A DNA stretch of 64,000 nucleotides from the human T2T-CHM13v2.0 reference genome, Homo sapiens. The stretch lies in the NCBI RefSeq assembly GCF_009914755.1, contig NC_060929.1, one strand, 5' to 3'. Under the pieces are notes generated by a model that saw nothing but the letters and a program-made list of their open reading frames with translations, did not search any database and was not told the DNA's origin. Positions 44,301 through 60,808 of the stretch are shown piece after piece. Each line of letters opens with the position of its first letter. Positions within the stretch are counted from its first letter, which is position 1. The translations under genes and the position numbers were made by a program.

Positions 44301-45337
44301 ATTATATATTTTTTTCTTAAGCTTAAGATCCCCTACTTTGTAGAGGAGATAGATACCTTTTAGACATTAAAATACTGTTAGCTGGGTTTATCTGAAATGT
44401 AACAGCATGAAGACAACTTTGTAATGTTGTAATCATTGTCCCTCAAATTAAGTCTCACATCAAACTGTGAAATTAGGTACACAGATGCATGTAGGCTCTG
44501 GGCTATGGATTGCTCCAAACTACAGACTGGGTCCTCATTGGCGCTGCAGAGGAAAGCAGGCTGTTTGCAACTGCTTTCAGGATTGACTCAGGGCCCCCGT
44601 CCTCTACTTTGTCACCTTCACACTGTTTCAGTGGTTATCTTCCTTGCCTTTTATAGCCTGAAAACTATGCAGGTGCTCAAAGGACAATCAGTAGGCTTCC
44701 AGCCTTTCTCCTCTTCTTCCCATATTCCTTCTCTTTATTTAGGCCATTTGATCATGCCATACAAGGGAGAACTATAAATAATAATGCTGGCACACAGCAA
44801 CATTTCACAATTACCACTGCAATGGCTAGTCCTGGTATAAGTTTTTTTTTGCTAAAACAGATAATATAGTTTTAATTCTAATAAGCAGAGCTCCCCCAAT
44901 GAGGATTTTTTTAGGAATATAGGAACCAGCTCGTTAGAGGCTCTTGATAAAATATACTTCTGAATTGCAGGCATTTCAATGGTAAACAGGAGACAGAACC
45001 TACCTGATAATTGTGACAACCTTAGATGGTCATAGGATTATATCTGCTGAAATCTCTGTTTCCTCGCGTTAAAAATTTTCAAATCAAATCAAAACACTTT
45101 TTTTCTGGCTAAAACACATTTTTAAGCCTTGTCTTAGTGTATTTATGCATACCTTTTTATGTAAAAAATCTATGAATGTTACTAAAGTCTCACAATGTCC
45201 TAAGAAGGAATTATTATTCCTAATATGCCTATGAAGATACTTCAACAAGAAGGCTAACTATCCCACTGAATACTAGATAAAACAAAAGCAAAAACAGATA
45301 GGATTTGAATTCAGCACATTCACCCACTAACTCCTAA

Positions 45338-45735
<398 letters not shown>

Positions 45736-46911
45736 CTAAAATGCTTTTCCTAATGTGTATTTACATGTATGCATTATAAAACTTCTAGATTTTTCTGTGA
45801 GCCCCCTGCTTAAAATCCGTCTGTAAATATTTCCTTGAAATCTGGTCTAGTTTAAGGTACCACGTACAACTGGTGTCTCTAAATTAAATGTGGTCTCTAT
45901 TACTTCTCTTCTTTAAAGATTTTTTTTAATTAAAATCTATGATTCTACAAAGCTCATTGTAGAAACCTTGACAAACACAGATCATAGCAAAAAATAAAAT
46001 TAAAAAAAACCAGTAATTTCATTTCCCAAAGAAAACTCAGATGTGGCCCATATTTTGATTTTGGATAATGTATCTAACTAATCATCCAAAATCCGAATTA
46101 CTAAGTATTTGGAAACTTCTTTCCTGAAGTAGCATTACAGATTGATCATTAATGGGGATTGTTTTTCCCCATTATCTATCAGTAGTACTGATAAATTTAC
46201 CACTCTCTCCCAGCCCTCCTTAGAAGATTGCTGGATGAAAGTAACAATAGTAATTGACTCGCTTCCCAGTTGGCCCAGTAGTCTTGGCTTGGTTGACACT
46301 CAGCTCAGTAGTCCCAAGATTTTGGTGGGTATAAGATTTAAGTTTTTAAAAGGTCTGAAGTAGACCTAAGAAGTGCATTTTTACAAGCCCCATGCCTAAA
46401 TCGTTCTGACATAGAAAGTTCTTAGGCCACAGTTTGAGAACCTCTAGTTTATGGAATTCACAGACTGATCTTTCAGAAACTGTATGGCTCAGGCGCACCT
46501 GAAATGACTTTTAATGGAAGAGAGGAAAATTCTTCAGCCTTATTTATATTCTCACTTCTAGTTTTAGTAAGTGTTGTTTCAGTCTGTGTATTTCTCTGCA
46601 GAGCCAGTGTCCTATTAACTAGTTAAAAGAAAACAGGACCCCTGCAGACAAAACCCTGAGGCTTCAGAGTCCTCCCACATCCTCTTTCATGTCTCCCTTC
46701 CTTTGTCTCTTCAAAGACATCTTTGCCCAGTCACCTTCTGCTCTCCCCACAGAGATGTTGACATTGAACTTTCCTGGACAATAGTTTTCTGTCTTTTCTC
46801 AGTAAAACTGGCTTTCTCTCAGCTGTGATGGAAAGACTCCATCAGTGACTTCATGCATGCATGTTGTTATATGCATAACAGAAAACAATGAGCTGTAAAA
46901 CATACAGAGGC

Positions 46912-47210
<299 letters not shown>

Positions 47211-47824
47211 AGAGAGGCCTTCCAGCACTCCACCACCACTAATACCACCACCACCACCAGTCCTGGCCTACCTTTTCCAAAGAAGATTATTCCAAGAAAA
47301 AAACAGGTGGAGCACACTGTGGTAGGGGCCAGGGTGGTGGCAAGAGAATTTATGGAATTTAAGGACAAGAGCCCTTTCCATTATCCCCCACTACTGAGCA
47401 AACCATACTGTGCAGATGTCTGTCTGCCTTAAGAACAAGCTGGCCTTCTAGCTTAGAAAAGACCTTTCTTCCGTGCCCTCTCTAAGGTAACTTGCCTATT
47501 TGGTATCTGAAGCCATTCAAGGAGATGTTATGAATTATTGTTTTGTAAAAGCCATTTTTTATGAACCGAATTCCGCAGATTTTTGGTTCTAAGAATTGGC
47601 AAGAACCTTTTGCAAAGATAAGGGGACAGGTGCCCTTCGAAGTATATGTTTATGATTGATCAATTCAGAGAATCTAATACTTTTGAGAGCTGATTTTTGT
47701 ACCTAGAATTCCATATTTTGTTTCAAACGTACTGCTCATTTTTTAGATCTATACAGAATTGTTACAAACCTTGTAAAGTCTCCAAGATAAATGAGGATGT
47801 TCATATGAAAACCCAGACAATCTT

Positions 47825-48612
47825 TTCTTTTCTTCTCCTCTTCAACTTTTATTTGTAGTTCCAGGGTATATGTGCAGGATGTGCAGGTTTGTTACATAGG
47901 TAGACGGGTGCCATGGTGGTTTGCTGCACAGATCAACCCATTGCCTAGGTATTAAGTCCAGCATCCATTAGCTATTCTTCCTGGTGCTCTCCCTCCCACC
48001 TCTCCTGACAGGGCTTAGTGTGTGTTGTTCCCCTCCCTGTGTGCATGTGTTCTCATCGTTCAACCTCCACTTAAGAGTGAGAACATACGGTGTTTGATTT
48101 TCTTTTCCTGCATTAGTTGGCCGAGAATGATGGCTTCCAGCTCCATCCATGTTCCTGCAAAGGACATGATCTCAGTCTTTTTTATGGATGCGTAGTATTC
48201 CATGGTGTATATTTACCACATTTTCTTTATCCACTCTATAATTGACGGGCATTTGGGTTGATTCCATGACTTTGCTATTGTGAATAATGCTGCAGTGAAC
48301 ATACTTGTGCCTGTATCTTTATAACAGAATGATTTCTGTTCCTTTGGGTACATACCCAGTAATGGGATTACTGGGTCAAATGGTATTTTTGCCTCTGGGT
48401 CTTTAAGGAATTGCCACACTCTCTTCCACAATAATTGAACTAATTTACACTCCCACCAACAATGTAAAAGTGTTCCTTTTTCTCTGCAGCCTTGCCAGCA
48501 TCTGTTTTTTCTTCACTTTTTAATAATCGCCATTCACTGGTGTGAGATGGTATCTCATTGTGGTTTTGATTTGTATTTCTCTAATGATCAGTGATGTTGA
48601 GCTTTTTTTCAT
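47825..48612 (-). mobile_element. L1PA (about PA8-10) 3' end
   Basis: ORF2 C-terminal remnants (48213-48431); flanking direct repeat ttcatatgaaaa..ccagacaatctt at 47800 and 48608. Confidence 0.9.
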
Positions 48613-50523
48613 ATGAAAAATCCAGACAATCTTGAGGGCCAGCACAGCCTGAGGACTTGCTGACACCAAGTATTGACGGGCCAGAGGAAGTGGGCAGCCT
48701 GGATATCACATCACCCCATGTCTGCTGCTGCTCAGGTTTCTCTCACTGTCTCTTGGGTATGTGGTGGGGAGTGGGGGGTGAGGAGGGGGTGGGAGGGCAG
48801 ATTAAAGAGAAGCAGCTGCAGCCTGAGGCACAGACAGGATGCAGAGTGACTCCATCATCCCACCTAGAGTCATGGACACCACCCACTTTGATACATTCTG
48901 TTCACAACCATAATTCCTTTCATGCTGATTCGTGTCATTGGGAATCTCTCTTCTTCAGCTTCAAGAGAGCCGAATCTGACTCAGGTGTTGAGATTGGGGA
49001 ATGGCATTTCCATTTCTTCCTCTCTCCAGTATAGCCAGAGCAGGAAGGGCAAGAGAAAAGGGGTCCTGGTACCTGGTGATGTCAAAGTAGGCAGCTCCTA
49101 CTGCTGTGCTAGCAAGAGCCATGTGGACTAGTGTGAGAACAGGAACTCTCCCAAGTCCCCTACTGGGTAACCAGATACCCAACAGTGTGCCTAGAGATGC
49201 TTTAGTCCACTCCAATCCTAAATACTACTACATTGTGCTAATAGTTTCCCTGAAAAACAGCCATATTTCACTCATTTTTTTAAAAATCAATTACAATTTT
49301 TAGCCTTAAGGTTTGATATTGGTATTGTGTTTATTTTTTCAAAGAATCTTTATCTTGTAGAGTTATACACTGCAGTAGTTACAGATGAAAAGATAGTGTG
49401 GTCTGGGATTTGTCTCAAAACCAGTAGGAGGTAGGAGTGGTGGGCTACAGGTATATAGATGAAACAAGATTGCCTTGTTTATACTATTCTGTCTACTTTG
49501 TACCTGTTTTCTATGTTATAAAATGTTCATAGTAAGTGGTTTAAACTTCAAAAATCATTTCTGAAAATAAGTGGATACCCTTATTTACTCAGCTGTGCTA
49601 TAAATTTCATATTAACCCCCCAAAACTAGACCAGTCTGAGTGTTTCTAATAAAATCCAGCAGTAACCGTGACTGATTTTAAAACATTCACTGCTTCTCTT
49701 ATCTACAATGCCTAGCTTCATTAGTCATGTAGAAAATGCTTACATTCCCCAAGCTTTTAAAAATTAAAAAAAAAAAAAAAAAACCTATGTGTTCTCAATT
49801 TGAGTAAGGTGTGACGGAGAGCAGCTCTGTGACACAGGCTGAGGGAGGAGGATTTGGTGTGGAGGCGAGGAAACTGGGGCCCTTACTAAGACACTGAAAT
49901 ATGATAAACATCCTTATGAAGATGCCACTCCCAGAAACTGGGACTTGAGCTACTCTTAGGAAGCCACAGACCATGGAATACAGATTCTTCTCCTGGAAAC
50001 TTCTCCATTTCCAAGAAGGCATAAAATGAAGGAAAGCAATCCTCTTTCCTTTCCGTTTCTTGGAATCTAATATCTAAGCATTACCCTTTACACTCTAGCA
50101 AAGTAAAGCAAACTAAGGCATGACGGCCCCTCCCAGCAGTAATTATGAGATCATTTGGCCTCAGTAACTAGGCAGACTCCACTACCTTTCACCTAGTTTC
50201 GTGGGAAGAAATGGTAAAGCTCCCTCGATGGAAATGTTCCTTCTTTCGCCATAACCTTCACAGGATCCATCTGTCTAATCTTTGTCTGAAGGAATTGGAA
50301 GGGCAGGCGGTTGCCTCACCAAAAGCACCCTCAGTACTTTAGTCTACTGAATTATGGGGGGTTGTTCCAGAAGAGGATCCAAACCCCAGCAGAAAACTCC
50401 TGGCCTTTCCCATGCCAGTTTTCCCAAGCCCAGGAATTCCAAGTGAAGTACATCCATTCCTATTGCTATTTATACTGTCTGGTGTAGCCAAAATGGGCCC
50501 TGGGCTAGAAATCAGAAAGCCTA

Positions 50524-50965
<442 letters not shown>

Positions 50966-51007
50966 TCAAAGCAGGGCAAAGACAAGTAAACAGTAGCCCA
51001 TTTATAA

Positions 51008-51297
51008 TTTTTTTTTTTTAAAAGAGTCTCACTCTGTTGCCCAGTTTGGAGCACAGTGTGGTATGATCACGGCTTACTGCAACCTCCGCCTCCCAGGTTC
51101 AAGCAATTCTTCTGCCTCAGCCTCCCAAGTAGGTGGGATTAGAGGCATGCACCACCACATCCAGCTAATTTTTGTATTTTTAGTAGAGAGAGGGTTTCAC
51201 TGACCAGGCTGGTCTCAAACTCCTGACCTCAAGTAACCCACCCGCCTCAGCCTCCCAAAGTGCTGGGATTACAGGTGTGAGCCACAGCACCTGACCC
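51008..51297 (-). mobile_element. Alu (AluS)
   Basis: TSD ccatttataattttt. Confidence 0.92.
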
Positions 51298-53819
51298 CAT
51301 TTATAATTTTTAAATAAACCACATATTAAAGTGATACAGTTGCCATGACAGTCACAGGGTACTGGAAAGGAGCACAAAGAAGAAGAGGTCAGTCCTTAGG
51401 ACCTAGAGGGGGTTGGGGGAGTTGCCAGGTAGGAGGTGACCCCATCAAGAGCTAAATCTTGAAAGATAAACAGTGCTTGCAAGGGACCACAGAGAAGGCA
51501 TGGCAGCCCAGGAGGAGGGTGCTTGGGGGCAGCATGACAAGAGGTTCAAAGCCAGAAAGGGAGGCTTCACATTGCAGAGGACCTGTTTTCTGTACTCATC
51601 TTCAGCTTTATCCTGTAGGCAACAGAGAACCAAAGGGGTTTTAAAGGAGGAGAAGGAATGATATGATCATATTTGGGCTTTACAAAGATCACAGAGCACA
51701 GTGATCTTCCATATAGATGGAAGGAGGAGGGGTCACGTATAACTCAAATGAGGTAGGGAGGTATAGTGGTCCAGGCAGGAGGCATTAAGGACCCTAGCTA
51801 AGCCAACCAAATTAGGGAAAGAAAAAGAGGGGACTTAACTGGAAAATATTAAGGAGGTAAAGTCTACAGGTCTTGGTGTCTGACCGGGCTTGGAAAGAGA
51901 AGGCTAGTCATAGTATGAGAGTAATAGAGGCTTCAGTCACCAAGATTGGAGTTGTGTGGGCCCTCAGCGAACTCATCTTTTTTTTCTTATTTGTGAAATG
52001 TGGATAACACCTGTCTTACATGCCGGCCTCAAACACCTGTCTAACACACCTGTCTTTCATGCCTGCATGAGGGTTAGTGTGGTATCATGGTGTCACGGGT
52101 ATGAATGCTTTTTGAACGGCAAAGCACCATGCAAATATAAAGTCATCCGGGAAATCCAGTAGAAAGGAGTGGCAAGGAAGAGGGAAGAGGCAGAGATGTG
52201 TTTTCCAAAGCGATGCGTTTCAAGTCCAGAGAGAGAAAATGCATATTTGTGGTGGGAGAAATTAAGGACAGTAAATAAAGATGTCAAATATAAAATTAAA
52301 ATCTTTTAGATCCACTGCTTATTTCCTTGAAAGTGGTACTGTCATGTACAAATTATATTCAATCTAATTCTTCTATCCCGTAAAAGTTAGTTATATTTAA
52401 AATATTGGGGTAAACATTTTAACAGCAGTGAGGAGCTATCACTAGTTCCACAATTATTCCATATCTTGATAGTTGTAATTAAAATCATGTATATTTTTAC
52501 ATAATAACAATATGGAATAATTCTATATTGTTGACACTAACATGACAAACCACATGGATAACTTCTAAGGAAAGCCAAATACAGATAAGAGACATTTACA
52601 TCCTTAGGTAGATTAACACCTTTGAAACCTCACAATCTGAAATACTAAAACTATACTCTCTTATTTTTCGCCATGGGATATCATGAGCTTCTTTTTCCTT
52701 ACGTATGTCTAATATGAGGGTGTTTTGGTTAAATCAAAGCCTTTTACATAAAACTGCTTTCACCAATATATAGATATATTCCACTTTTTTAAAGTGACAG
52801 TGTCTTTCTTCTCTAGAAGTTGAGTCCCATTAATTTTTTTTAGAAAAAGAATCCTGAGCTGTAATAATACTTGGCATTTAAGCAAAGACAATTTTCACGT
52901 GTGCTGCTGATGCCCGTGTTGATTCACTTGGTGGGATATGGCATGAGACCGAAACCTGGCCTCTGGGAGAGTCCTGTGTGTCACATCCTGTGAACACCCT
53001 ACTCTGTCCTCATATGTGTGTGGCTCTGCACTGTAAGATCAGAACACAGGAGACTGAGGAAGTAGCAATGCAGAGTTTGAGTGAGGGAGAAACAAAGCGA
53101 CAGGTTTCTGGAACTATTTTGGACTCCCGTAGTAACTTTTAACTCTGCTACAATGCCCATGTACTTGGTCTTTTAAGCTCTCTCTGGCTTTTGATCTCTT
53201 TTTTTTTTTCCTCCTACATGAAACAGAAGACAGAGTTACAGGAAATGAAGGGTATAGGAGGAAAGAAAGAGCTGTAGTTATCGTAGATGCCAGAGTGGTA
53301 AGAGGCAGCTCTTCTTTCAGGGGCTTAGCTGAGGGCCAGAGTAGTACAGCTCGTCTCCACGGGGGTGGAGAGGGGTGCCTCAAAACAAAAGTGAACATTT
53401 CTCTCTTCTAAGTCGGCTTCTAATGGCCCTGGTTTTTGTCTGTTTTAACCTAAAAGGTTATTGCACTATTAACAGGTAAAAAATTCTCTTCTGACCAAAT
53501 ACATGTATTTCTAGCATAATATATTCTCTCTCTCTCTCTGGATAAAATTTATTAGCATATCAGCATAAACATAATTTTTGTAAGGTCAGACAAGAGATTT
53601 GAAGTGTAATTCAAGGGGAATTTGTATTAACGTAATGAAACATTCTGCTGTGAAGTTTACTAGCAATGCCTCACTCTGGGTTATCATTTCTGACTCCTCC
53701 CATTTCCTTTCTCACCCGTCACCTGGCCCTCATTCATTCTCTGTCCTAGAAGAGAACCTCTAAAACCAGTGACAGTCCATCCAGCCTGCTGTTAAAAAAA
53801 AAAAAAAAAAAAAAAAATG

Positions 53820-54844
53820 TTGCTCACCCTGTCCCGGCCAGTCTGGCTCTAGCGTCAGCTCAAAGGGGCCCAGGTACAGCTCGGGCTGCCACTCCATAGG
53901 GTGCAAGCTGTAAGCCTTGGTGGCTTCCATGGGGTGCTAATCCTGCAGACACACAGAATGCAAGAGTGAAGAAGTCTTGACAACTTCCACCTAGATTTCA
54001 GAGGATATTTCAGAAAGCCTACATACCCAGGCAGAAGCCTGTCGCGCGGCGTAGCCAACACAAAAACTCTACTAGGGCAGTGCTGAGGGGAAATATGGGG
54101 TTGTGCCCCCACACAGAGTGCCCAACAGGGCACTGCCTAGTGGAACTGTAGGAAGGGGGCCACTGTCCTCCAGACCCCAGAATGGTAGAGCCTCTGGCAG
54201 CTTGCACCCTACATCTGGAAAACCCACAGGCATTCAACTCCAACCCGTGAGAGCAGCCAGCGAGGCTGCACCCTGCAAAGCCACAGAGGCAGAACTGTCT
54301 GAGGCCTTGGGAGCCCACTCCTTGCACCAGTGAGCTCCATAACTTGATCTTGAACTTCCAGCCTCCAAAACCATGAGAAATAAATTTCTGTTGTTTACAA
54401 GTATGTTAGTCCATTTGCATTGCTATAAAAGAATACCTGACACTGGGTGATTTATAAAGAAAAGAGGTTTAATTGGTTCACAGTTCTGCAGGCTATACAG
54501 GAAGCATGGTGTAAACAATCTCAAAAGAGATTGTTTTGGAGCTTTAAGACTTAATGACTGCCTTGCTGGGTTTCAGACCTGTGTGGGGCCTGCTTCCCCT
54601 TTCTTTTGGCCGACTTCTCCTTTCTGGAATGGGAATGTTTATCCAGTGCCTGTACCACCATTGTATCTTGGAAGTAAATAACTTTTTTTATTTTACAGGC
54701 TCATTAGTGGTAGGAGATGAGTCTCTTATGAGACTTAGGACTTTAGACTTGATGCTGGAACAAGTTAAGACTTTTGGGGACTTTGGGGAAAGTATGATTG
54801 TATTTTGCAATGTGAGGACGAGATGTGGGGGGCCAGCGGCAGAA
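53820..54844 (+). mobile_element. MST-int (MaLR internal) 3' part, interrupted by an inverted insert at 54339-54511
   Basis: cagctcaaaggggcccaggtacagctc...ccacctagatttcagagg...; purine tract gggggccagcggcagaa just before the LTR. Confidence 0.85.
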
Positions 54845-55265
54845 TGATATGGTTTGGATATTTGTCCCCTCCAAATCTCATGTTCCAGTGTGATTCCCAG
54901 TGTCAGAGGCGGGACCTGGTAGAAGATGATTGGATCACAGCAGTGGATCCTTCACAAATGGGTTTGCACCATCCCCTTGGTGATAAGTGAATTCTCACTC
55001 AGTTAGTTAATATGAGATCTGGTTTTTTTAAAGAGTCTTGGACTTCCCCTTCTCTCTCTCTTGCTCCCACTCTCACCATGGGATGTGCCTGCTCCCCCTT
55101 CGCCTTCCACCACGATTGTAAGCTCCCTGAGGCCCTGACCAGAAGCAGATGCCGGCACTATGCTTCCTAGACAGCCTGCAGAACTGTGAACCAATTAAAC
55201 CTCTTTTCTTTATAAATTACCCAGTCTTGGGTATATCTCTATAGCAATGCAAATGGACTGACATT
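54845..55265 (+). mobile_element. MSTB-like 3' LTR
   Basis: tgatatggtttggatatttgtcccctccaaatctcatg...atagcaatgcaaatggactgaca. Confidence 0.88.
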
Positions 55266-55569
55266 CTTGTAAACAACAGAAATTTATTTCTCATGGTTTT
55301 GGAGGCTGGAAGTTCAAGATCAAGTCATCAACAAATTCAGTGTCTGGTGAGGGCACATTTGCTGTTTCATGGATGGCTGTATTTTGTTGGATCCTCATGT
55401 GGTGGAAGGGACTAATGAGCTCCCTACAAGGGCATTAATCCCATTCATGAGGGCTCTACCCTCATAATCTAATCACCTCCCAAAAGCCCCACATCCTAAT
55501 GCCTTCACCTCGGGGGTTAGAATTTCAACATGTAAATGTTTGGTGGACACAAACATTCAGACCATAGCA
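55266..55569 (-). mobile_element. MLT1A-like LTR (partial)
   Basis: aaacaacagaaatttatttctca...ggaagttcaagatcaag...gacacaaacattcagaccatagca. Confidence 0.85.
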
Positions 55570-56233
55570 CCTGGTTTCCCTGACATTACTCTCTTGCAAT
55601 ACCCATCTATCAAAAAATAGACAATACTTTTCTCCTGAGTATCAGGTTCATAAACTGTCACATCTCAGGAAACCATGGCAGGGCCTTTTATTCCCTAAAT
55701 TCAGAAGCACCCTTATCCGTCCATCAGTAAGTCTAGCCCCTCAGCCACTCTATTCCTTATCATTCTACTCTCCTGGCAGTTCTCATACTACAGACACCAC
55801 TTCTCCTTGGCATTCCTGATATATAAGTCAGTTCTTTCCTTTCTCCTCCTTTGTATACTAGTAGTAGAACCTTTTATGACTCTTGCCTGAAGTTCTCATC
55901 CTCACAGTTTTGTTCTCTCTTTGATCTTCTGTTCCTTTAACATGAGGTTCCAAATTGGTTTCCTTTATGATAGACCTCACTAAGTAATGAAAAATTTCAG
56001 TTTCTCTAAGTATGTTTTTCTGGACTTTATGCCCTATTCTTTTGCATTTCTATCTTTTTGTTTGGGTAAGCTTTTCATTCTAGTTAAAAACTAGTTCTTT
56101 CCTAAACACAGTCTTCAGAACAAAAAACCTTAATCAAATAGATATCCTCTAATATATCTTAGGTATATGAAAAGTGGCTCATTGTGACATCCAATTGCTG
56201 GTGGAGAAGAGCCCCAAAAAGGAACGAAGATAT

Positions 56234-56665
<432 letters not shown>

Positions 56666-59353
56666 TCACTATCAGCAGCATCAATCTTCCTTGGCTGGAA
56701 ACTAGAAAAGTCCATTGCTACCTCCTTGCTGCATTTTACAATTTACTTTGTTATTTTCCAACTGTGCTTGGCCTCAAAATGCTACTGCTGTGAAGTTAGT
56801 TTGATGAAAACAGTCTTTTCAAGTTTCCATATGGTTTCAAATTATTACTCATCTAACTAATAATCAGTTTGAAAAAATAAGTTTGCACACAATGCCAATT
56901 CAGCAGTGGGGAAAATTAAAAGACTGGCCTTTTTCTCTTGCTCCCACCCCCTCTTCCAAAACTTGTCAGCCACACTTGGGAAGGAGTTCATGAGGTAGGT
57001 TTTGAGATAAAATTTAAGCCCAAGCCCTTTTTAAAATGCTAATTGTTTTCCTGTATTGCAAATAGATGTCTAGGCAATAAGTATTAATTGCATAATTTCT
57101 TATATTATTGATAATAAAGAGATGGAAGTCAGTATAAAAGTGGGAATGTAATTGGATTTGTTCAGAATCTGGTATGATGGGTTCCTGTGTGTAGAGAGGA
57201 GGGAGCAGAGAACTGAGAATCAACACATAGAGGAAGGACAGAACATGATATAAGTGCGGCCAAGGTAAGACGACCAACATGGCTGGAACAGAGAATTCCT
57301 TTTGAAAAGAAGAGGGAGATTGCAAAACTGGAGGGTCTTGGCTCGTGTCCAGATGCCTCGATCTGGTGCTCAATAGAAAGGCATTGTTAACTCTGGAGCA
57401 GTGGCATGACATAATGGAGGCCGTGTCTCAGGAGGATGAATCGCACATTGATGTCCCAGAATCTTGGAGAGGAAGATCCTAGAGATCATTGCTGTGCGTT
57501 CCAAGGGTGGAAGGGAAATCACTGCAGCTGCACCCACTGTCCACTGTTGACTTTGTCTTAAAGCAGTGACAAAAGCCCTTGGGAGCTGTTTGGTTGCTTT
57601 TTTAAAAAATCAAGCTAGTTTGAGTTGGGTTTCTGTCTCTCCAAAATCAGAATCTTAACAATTAATTGCTTTTTGGAGTTATATGAGTTGCCTTAGGCTT
57701 TCAAAGAGACATAATATTTTAGGAAAACAGAATTAGGAGTAGATATAGAGGCAGGAATGAATCACATGATTGTTCATGGGACAATGACTTGTCCACTTTC
57801 ATGAGAACAGAGGGGTCTTCTTTGAGACCATATTAAAGAGGTTACTGGAGCCAGATGGTGGCCTCTGCTAAACCATTTCTCTAGCCCTGCTATTGCTGCT
57901 GGTGTTTAGGTATTCATTTTTGCTACAGCAGTGTGCTTGAGACTCAGTGGAATTAGTTTCCAAACTGGCGGAACCCCTCCTCTGCAAAATCTGATATTCT
58001 TTTTATTGTTGACCTATTTGGGGCTCCTTTGGTTTTTTTAGATACAGTTTTCTACCTGCTATCAATATACATCTATTATGTCTAAAACTAAATTTACAAA
58101 ATCCTTCCCACCAAACTACAATTTCTCTTGTGTTCCCTGTAACTGTTAGTGGCAATGCCATCCTCTCCATCCCCCAGATAACCTTGGTGTTCTTGGATGT
58201 TCCTCTCCATTGCGTGCTCTCCCTAATCATTCCAATGTTGTCTCTGGATTTTCCCTCCAACGCAGTGTCTGCTTCTTGCCTTCAGATTCACTCCCTACCT
58301 GCCTTTCTGTTTTCTCTTGTCTCCAGCTTCCACCCTCCCTTGTTCTTGTACAAATAGGAATATAGTCCTCCAGAAGCCCATAGCTCATCAGGTCCATGAT
58401 GTATAAAAGGTGGGCATTTAATATCTTGTCATTTTATTCCTTCTGTTTAAAAATCTTCAATTAATACCTACCACCAGTCAAATGAAGTCTAAAAGTAGCC
58501 TTCCCTCATTAGGAGTCAAACTTCACAACTTAATTTCTGCTTCTTCCTGCTGCCTGTACTTCAGAAAAAAAAAACAAACTGTTGGATTTCCTTGTGAGAG
58601 TGACTTTTCCTTGTCTGCATATTGTGCTTCTGCCTTTCCTTGTGTTTCTCATGACCTTATGGCATCTCTGACTCCAAATTGTATGTATCCAGCACAAATC
58701 TCAATCCTTCCACAATAATCATTGTATAACTACAGTGTTTCTTTGGACAGAGAGGTAGCACCAATGGCTGTGATGCAGTAATGAAAGTTTTGATTTCTCC
58801 AATCCAAAGGACTGTTTTATTTTTACTGTTTTATATAACAAATAGAAATATAATTTACATTTCTAGTTTCTCGTACTGAAATATATTTCTGACAGCTATA
58901 ATATTTTTCTACTTAACTAGAAAAGACATAGTGCCCTCCCCATACACAAGGGTGTCATGCTTATTTCTTCCACACAACTTCTCTGAGTCTCCTCTTTACA
59001 ATTAGAAGAGGTTTCTGAATTCCTTAGACACCTTCTTTATGACACAATATCCTTTATGACATGTATTGTTCTGTGTTTATGTACTGAACTTAAGTTCCCA
59101 ATAAAGCCTAAATCCTTTGAGAACATAAAATCTGGTATTAGGTTTTACACATAGTAACAGCTCAAACATTTGAAGATAGTAAATCCACTGATTTTTATTA
59201 TCCACTCTGTATCTCACATCTTTGCTACAAGGATATGAATAAAACTTTTAAAATTGTTTAAATGCTTACCAAAATAATATAATTCATTAAAATTGTATAA
59301 TGAGCTCAATCCCACCTCTCCCATCCCCTATCTGCCCCCTCAGTAGCTACCAC

Positions 59354-59648
59354 TTTTTTTGTTGTTGAGACAGGGTCTCACTCTGTCACCCAGGGTAAAG
59401 TGCAGTGGCACAATCATGGCTCACTGCAGCCTCGAACCCCTGAGCTCAAGTGATCCTCCCACCTCAGCATCCTGAGCAGCTGGAACCACAGGTGCACACC
59501 ACCATACCCGGCTAAATTTTTTGTTTTTTTTTGTAGAGATGGGGTCTCCCTATGTTGTCCAGGCTGGTGTCAAACTGCGGCTCAAGTGATCCTCCCACCT
59601 CAGCCTCCCAAAGTGCTGGATTACAGGAGTGAGCCACCATACCCAGCC
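59354..59648 (-). mobile_element. Alu (AluJ)
   Basis: TSD ctaccactt. Confidence 0.9.
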
Positions 59649-60048
59649 TACCACTTCTAACTGTACCCAGTTTTAGTGTAGTGGTTACTTCATTATCTGT
59701 AAAAATGTGTGTATCTTGCTCTTTTTGTTTATCAGTATTAAACCTTATCTCTCAACTTCCTGTTTTGATGGAAAAGAATCAACTCCCTTATACTAACTCC
59801 CTCCTTCCCTCTCTTCCTTTTAACAGGCGTATCTTTCTAGTTCCTATTTTCATGCATTTGTTTATTGCCTCTTTTAAGTAATACAGCAACATAAATTTCT
59901 AATGAAATCACTTTGACTCCCCACTTTTTAGGGTAAGAAATTAGTAACCGCTGCCATTTTACCTCCCCCTTTGTTTTTTCTTTAATAATGTCTTCTCTCT
60001 TTTTCAGTTTAGAATGCCTATCCATTTGATATAGAAGTACCTGGCTGA

Positions 60049-60431
<383 letters not shown>

Positions 60432-60482
60432 TTACTTTGGTCCCTTAATGCTTTATCTCTTTTGGTTAAATATATAGGTCTT

Positions 60483-60808
<326 letters not shown>

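Noticed and set aside
47800-48633. Apparently over-long (~25 bp) TSD around an L1
   Set aside because: The first ~8 nt (ttcatatg) also match the L1 sequence at the truncation point. This is ordinary 5' microhomology plus a normal-length TSD.
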